Below are positions 7,052 to 10,914 of a stretch of DNA of 10,914 bases, piece after piece. The notes beneath the pieces are model-generated. The model was not told the origin of the DNA and searched no databases. It was given only the letters and a program-made list of their open reading frames with translations. The position numbers and the translations under genes were made by a program. Within the stretch, counting starts at the first letter, position 1; each line of letters starts with the position of its first letter. Source of the stretch: Candidatus Thorarchaeota archaeon (lineage in GTDB: Archaea; Asgardarchaeota; Thorarchaeia; Thorarchaeales; Thorarchaeaceae); the NCBI GenBank assembly GCA_048882385.1, contig JBHLRQ010000101.1, positions 1 to 10,914 on the forward strand, given 5' to 3'.

Positions 7052-8645
7052 TGATTATGCTCTTCTTGATCTGGGCATTCGGTGAAACGCGCGGTTTCTT
7101 GCCACTGGCTGTCGTAAGCGCCCGGATCTTCACTTTCTGGCACAGTGTGTACGGGAAGGGACGATCCTCGGGTTTGATATCTTTGCCGCCGTCCGGATCG
7201 CTGAACAGGTACATGCCCTGGTAGTCGTCCGGGTGATTCGAGTCGTCAACGTACAGTCCGTCAATCGTTACCTCCCGCGGCATGAAGCACGGGTATCCGA
7301 AATCGTGCATACCGTCATTGCGTGTGTAGATCATCTGTGGCCAGCGCCGACTTCCGCCGGCCGGGATCCAGCGACAATTGCGGATGACAACATCGCCTTC
7401 CCACGTACTGCCATAATCGCTGCGGAAATTGATCAGCGAGCCACCGTACAGGGTGGAATCCTCGACGGTCAGCAGGCCGCGGCCGATGGCGTTCAGTCCC
7501 ATATAGCCCAGGGTACAGCCGCGGATCACATAGGTACCGGAGACCCCCATATGCGTGTCCATGCGCGAGAGCGTACAGTTCTCCAGCAGGATGTTTTTGC
7601 AGAAGTTCGTGCCGATCACACCCCAGCGCGTACGATCGTTAATGTGGTTCATCCGACAGTTGATCATGCGGAAATTAACCACATTGTTCGCGCTATAGTC
7701 GTACGATCCCATGCTGACCGGCTTGCCCGCCGATCCGATGGTTGAGTAGGTCTTGTGTCCGGTAGCGAAGCAGCTGCGCAGGGTGATGTTGGCACAGTTG
7801 CTGATGCTGATGAAGCCGGAGTAGGGGTGCCCGACCGCGGTTTCCCCAACGACGTAGTGGGTCAGGCCGTCCACTTCCGTATTGGAACGGGATATCCTGA
7901 TGTTGCGGGCCCAGTAGTTGTAGCCGACCTCCTGCTTCATCCGATTTGCAAACGTGGTGAAGACACCGCCCCGCAGGATGAGCGGCTTTTCGTCCATGGG
8001 ACGAGCCTCAACCCGACTGACGTTGTCGTAATCCCAGTCAATAGCTCCCTCCACAGACCCGTCCCGACGAAGGATGAAGCAGTCGTGCTGGGAGACCCCC
8101 GAGTTCTGGTTGAGGCCGCGCCGGATGTAACGCTTTATCTTGCGGTTCGTCACCACGACGTGACAATCGTGCTTGGGCCGCACATCCAATTGCTTGTGGT
8201 CGCGTGTGAGTCGGTCAATCGACAGTGTTTCACGCTCAAGCAGCGAACGTACTTCAAATAGTGATTTTCTGTGGTTCTCAACCTGCGTATCGTCAATGGT
8301 GAAACGTGACGTGTTCCAGTCGGTGTCCGTGGCGATGAGCACGGTCAGCGCCTTGGCGCCGAGATGGTACGTCGCGTCAGGCTTTGTCTTGACGCTTAGT
8401 CCATGCGCGTTGGCATACTCATGCGCTTTGCAAATCGCAGGCAGATCATCGCTTACACCGTCGCCAACCGCACCGAAGGCTTCATAAGTGACAATGTCGT
8501 CAGAAATCGCGGTACTGGCCAACTGCGGCGCCAACACGAGCGCAGCCCGGCCGTACCCATTGAATCCTTCGGCTTTGATCGTTAGCAAGGACTGAAAGAC
8601 AGCCATTATCGACACGAACAGAATCGTATTTCGCTTGGAACTCAT
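7035..8645 (-). CDS. Secreted right-handed beta-helix protein (Pectate_lyase_3 / GH28-like N-terminal motif), putative polysaccharide-active enzyme of unknown family
   Basis: Signal-peptide-like N-terminus. VTYEAFGAVGDGVSDDLPAI is the FGAxGDGxxDD cap motif. Beta-helix coils ISISNCANITLRSC, FCKNILLENCTLSRMDTHMG, LLTVEDST and VVIRNCRW. Tandem TAA TAA stops (7037-7032). GGTGAG just upstream of the ATG. Confidence 0.82.
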   Translation of the reverse strand: MSSKRNTILFVSIMAVFQSLLTIKAEGFNGYGRAALVLAPQLASTAISDDIVTYEAFGAVGDGVSDDLPAICKAHEYANAHGLSVKTKPDATYHLGAKALTVLIATDTDWNTSRFTIDDTQVENHRKSLFEVRSLLERETLSIDRLTRDHKQLDVRPKHDCHVVVTNRKIKRYIRRGLNQNSGVSQHDCFILRRDGSVEGAIDWDYDNVSRVEARPMDEKPLILRGGVFTTFANRMKQEVGYNYWARNIRISRSNTEVDGLTHYVVGETAVGHPYSGFISISNCANITLRSCFATGHKTYSTIGSAGKPVSMGSYDYSANNVVNFRMINCRMNHINDRTRWGVIGTNFCKNILLENCTLSRMDTHMGVSGTYVIRGCTLGYMGLNAIGRGLLTVEDSTLYGGSLINFRSDYGSTWEGDVVIRNCRWIPAGGSRRWPQMIYTRNDGMHDFGYPCFMPREVTIDGLYVDDSNHPDDYQGMYLFSDPDGGKDIKPEDRPFPYTLCQKVKIRALTTASGKKPRVSPNAQIKKSIIIIEED

Positions 8646-8675
8646 AGACTCACCACAACTGATAGGATATGTGAG

Positions 8676-8685
8676 ATTATAGCCA
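8676..8685 (-). promoter_or_regulatory. Putative -10 element for the 8645 gene
   Basis: Minus strand TGGC-TATAAT, a perfect -10 hexamer at 8681-8676, ~30 nt upstream of the ATG. No good -35 at canonical spacing. Confidence 0.4.
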
Positions 8686-8740
8686 TAGCGTGATTCTACC
8701 CCTGGTATCAGGGCGGATCAAGACTGAGTCATCGTGCACC

Positions 8741-8828
8741 TGTCAACCGGGAGTAGGACCATTGTGAAGCGGTCAACCTCGACGTCAGAACTCTTTGCAG
8801 AGAAAGCACGCCTGGGACCGGGTTGACA
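8741..8828. repeat. 88-bp segment bounded by 8-bp perfect inverted repeats TGTCAACC...GGTTGACA; possible MITE or IS-end remnant
   Basis: TGTCAACC at 8741-8748 and GGTTGACA at 8821-8828 (10 of 11 pair if extended), with an internal copy of GTCAACC at 8772-8778. TG...CA termini. No clear target-site duplication. Confidence 0.35.
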
Positions 8829-8884
8829 ACGTGAGTGACCCCCTCCCTTGGCGGCAATCTCGGCCATGAGGTCTGAAAAACGAG

Positions 8885-8914
8885 TTCACGGGGGATCGAA
8901 TTCCTGGCTATACT
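8885..8914 (+). promoter_or_regulatory. Putative sigma70-type promoter for the phosphatase / DUF4832 genes
   Basis: TTCACG (8885-8890), 18-nt spacer, TATACT (8909-8914), ~40 nt upstream of ATG 8957. Confidence 0.4.
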
Positions 8915-8956
8915 GAGTGCAATGGAATCTCGTGTTATGACAAGCAACTGGGTTTC

Positions 8957-9319
8957 ATGATGAAGCCAAAAAGAATGCACTACTTGTTTATCTGCTATGC
9001 GAACCTGGACCGAAGTCCGACTGCAGAAGCAGTTTGCGCTAGGATCGCCCAAGAGAACAACCTGGACATAGTCGCCAGCTCAGCCGGTGTATCACGAGGA
9101 GCCAATCGAGCAGTTACGAAGGAAATGGCTGATCTGGCTGACAAGATCTTCGTCATGGAGCCAAGTATGGTGACTGAGATGGTGGAGGAATACAGCCAGA
9201 ACCCTGCGAAGATTGTTTGCCTGGACATCCTTGACGTCTATGCTCAGAACGACCCGGTACTTGTCCAGCGACTGCAAGCTAAGCTGTACGAGCATTTGGC
9301 TCGTGAGGAAGTGATCTGA
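8957..9319 (+). CDS. Low-molecular-weight protein-tyrosine-phosphatase-like protein (LMWPc/ArsC fold, short type)
   Basis: N-terminal P-loop LFIC-YANLD-RSPTAE (CX5R-S; Cys 8993, Arg 9011), ASSAGV, ADLADKIFVME, and C-terminal CLDIxDVY...DPVLV. Confidence 0.9.
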   Translation: MMKPKRMHYLFICYANLDRSPTAEAVCARIAQENNLDIVASSAGVSRGANRAVTKEMADLADKIFVMEPSMVTEMVEEYSQNPAKIVCLDILDVYAQNDPVLVQRLQAKLYEHLAREEVI

Positions 9320-9336
9320 CAGAACTGATTGAGAGA

Positions 9337-10800
9337 TTGGATCTACCTATGTTCTTTCGGGATGTTCGACTTTTATGTGTCATCGTCTTATTGGGGTGTT
9401 GTGCATGCGCGCCAGGGGCCGACAGCAATCAGATTGTGATCCGGCCCAGGGAGTATCAAGGAGCGTTAAGGAATTCACTGAAAGGATTCCGACCTGATGT
9501 GAATCCGCGAGCTTTCACGCACGAATACGCCACCCTCGGCCGATGCTATCTAAGGTGGAATGAGCTTGAAAACAGTGAAAGCGACGGCGTCGACAGGATT
9601 CTGCGTGTCTGCAATGAGCGATGGAAGGACGTTGACAAGTACAACGTCAAAGTCATCCCACGCGTCTACCTCGACTGGGACGAGAAGGAAGGGAACGAAT
9701 ACTGGCCTGCTGATATGCAGGTCGGTGACTACAGCAGTGAGCAGTTCAAACGACGTGTCCGGCGTCTGATTGCGCGGCTGGGCGCGTGCTGGGACAATGA
9801 CCCTCGCGTCGCCTGGGTACAACTGGGCATCATTGGCTATTGGGGAGAACACCATCACCCGTCGCCAGACGCGGATATGCAGAAACTGCTCGGTGACGTG
9901 TTCGCTAAGGCGTTCAGAAACAAAAAATTGACTGTCCGGCATCCATGGGAGTTCACCGACTACCAGTTCGGCGTTTACTGGGATTCCTGGGCGCACATCC
10001 AGCAGGTGGGAAACCACGGCGAGGGAATTGCGAAACTCAATGTTGAGACAGGGCGTTGGAAGGTGTGCCCGATGGATGGCGAGTGCGCCTACAACTGGGG
10101 ACGCTACCAACAACAGCCTGGCGACAACCCCAACGACACACTCCGCGACCCAGTCCATCGAGAGTGGCTGATTGATACGATTCGCTGGCTGCACGGAAAC
10201 GACCTGGGATGGGTGGCGAACTATGATCCTTCTGACCCACTGGTTCGGGCAGGAGCTGAGGAAGTGCAGAAGGCCTTTGGCTATCGATTCGTGATCTCCG
10301 AAGTGCGATATGATGCGGTCGTACAGCCGGGCGGAACCTTCAATGTGACATTCCGGGCGCGCAACGCGGGCTCTGCCCCCTTCTACTACAACTGGCCAGT
10401 CGAGGTCACCCTGCTCGATTCTGAATCGCGAGAAGCGGCATGGAAGGAGACGTTCGACGGTGTTGATATTCGCACATGGTTGCCTGGAGACCAGTGGAAC
10501 AAAGAGAACAAACAGTACGATATCCTACCTGAGACATACGAGGTTTCGGGAGACTTCTCACTTCCACAAGATCTGCCAAAAGGCGAGTACATCCTGGCAT
10601 TGGCCATCCTGGATCCTGCAGGAATGTTACCATCAGTACGATTTGCGATCGAAAACTACTTCACTGGAGGCAGGCATCCAATTGGCATGATGGGCGTAGA
10701 CAAATCCCCGTCTGAAAGCGAGTTGGATCCGGCTATGTTCGACGACCCAGCAGGAGACAAGACCCTGGAATACGAATTGAAACCGGGCACGAAGGACTGA
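9337..10800 (+). CDS. DUF4832/DUF4874-like exported putative glycoside hydrolase (clan GH-A-like TIM barrel plus C-terminal beta-sandwich)
   Basis: Hydrophobic signal with Cys residues (LLCVIVLLGCCACA; possible lipoprotein), LRNxLKGF, KVIPRVYLDW, WDNDPRVAWVQLGIIGYWGEHH, PMDGECAY, FGYRFVI, NAGSAPFYYNWPVEV, DIRTWLPG and LPKGEYILALAILDP. The start may be ATG 9349 rather than TTG 9337. Confidence 0.85.
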   Translation: MDLPMFFRDVRLLCVIVLLGCCACAPGADSNQIVIRPREYQGALRNSLKGFRPDVNPRAFTHEYATLGRCYLRWNELENSESDGVDRILRVCNERWKDVDKYNVKVIPRVYLDWDEKEGNEYWPADMQVGDYSSEQFKRRVRRLIARLGACWDNDPRVAWVQLGIIGYWGEHHHPSPDADMQKLLGDVFAKAFRNKKLTVRHPWEFTDYQFGVYWDSWAHIQQVGNHGEGIAKLNVETGRWKVCPMDGECAYNWGRYQQQPGDNPNDTLRDPVHREWLIDTIRWLHGNDLGWVANYDPSDPLVRAGAEEVQKAFGYRFVISEVRYDAVVQPGGTFNVTFRARNAGSAPFYYNWPVEVTLLDSESREAAWKETFDGVDIRTWLPGDQWNKENKQYDILPETYEVSGDFSLPQDLPKGEYILALAILDPAGMLPSVRFAIENYFTGGRHPIGMMGVDKSPSESELDPAMFDDPAGDKTLEYELKPGTKD

Positions 10801-10914
10801 TAGGATTTCAGTAATCCACCCGGGCGGTTGGTGCAGATGATGTGACCCCGGTTTCCTTCATGGTACGGTTCGATGATCCGGTTGATGCCCTGTTATACAG
10901 CCTTACAGCAGTAG
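10800..10914 (-). mobile_element. Degenerate C-terminal remnant of an integrase-core-domain (rve-type DDE) transposase
   Basis: The minus strand from 10913 reads YCCKAV*QGINRIIEPYHEGNRGHIICTNRPGGLLKSY. This matches the recalled C-terminal pattern YYN..RPHQG....IEP......G.I.C.ERLGGLLKSY of integrase-core transposases common in Planctomycetota. In-frame TAA at 10895-10893. Confidence 0.65.

Noticed and set aside
8700-8713. Hairpin CCCTG-GTAT-CAGGG as terminator
   Set aside because: Only a 5-bp stem, no U-tract, and it lies between divergent gene starts.
8729-9052. 107-aa minus-strand ORF across the intergenic region
   Set aside because: It overlaps the phosphatase gene antisense and the promoter-like elements, and has no recognisable features.
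1-10914. CRISPR array, tRNA/rRNA, riboswitch, or genome-wide TAG reassignment
   Set aside because: No regularly spaced repeats or RNA-gene signatures were seen in the short intergenic regions. Only one internal TAG occurs in all long genes, too few to support reassignment.

Overview
Bacterial, moderately GC-rich window, probably from a Planctomycetota (Phycisphaerae-like) genome; the taxonomy is inferred from gene content. It is a cluster of mostly exported, poorly classified carbohydrate-active-type enzymes. It starts with the 3' part of a PL1 pectate lyase (<1-945). Next is a multidomain beta-helix protein (1089-3344) split by one in-frame TAG at 2799-2801. A 1079-aa secreted three-domain fusion follows (serine hydrolase / clan GH-A-like TIM barrel / serine hydrolase, 3483-6722), then a Tat-signal nitrilase-family gene truncated just after its catalytic Glu. 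A convergent secreted beta-helix protein (7035-8645, minus strand) is followed by a divergent LMW protein-tyrosine-phosphatase-like gene and a DUF4832-like putative glycoside hydrolase. Several scars absent from the ORF track suggest the locus is decaying: an orphan 17-codon Tat signal stub at 3360-3413, a possibly decapitated 5' end at ~1017-1089, an 88-bp element with TGTCAACC terminal inverted repeats, and a degenerate integrase-core transposase C-terminus at 10800-10914 (minus strand). No rRNA, tRNA or CRISPR array was seen. All family calls come from motif recognition, not database searches.
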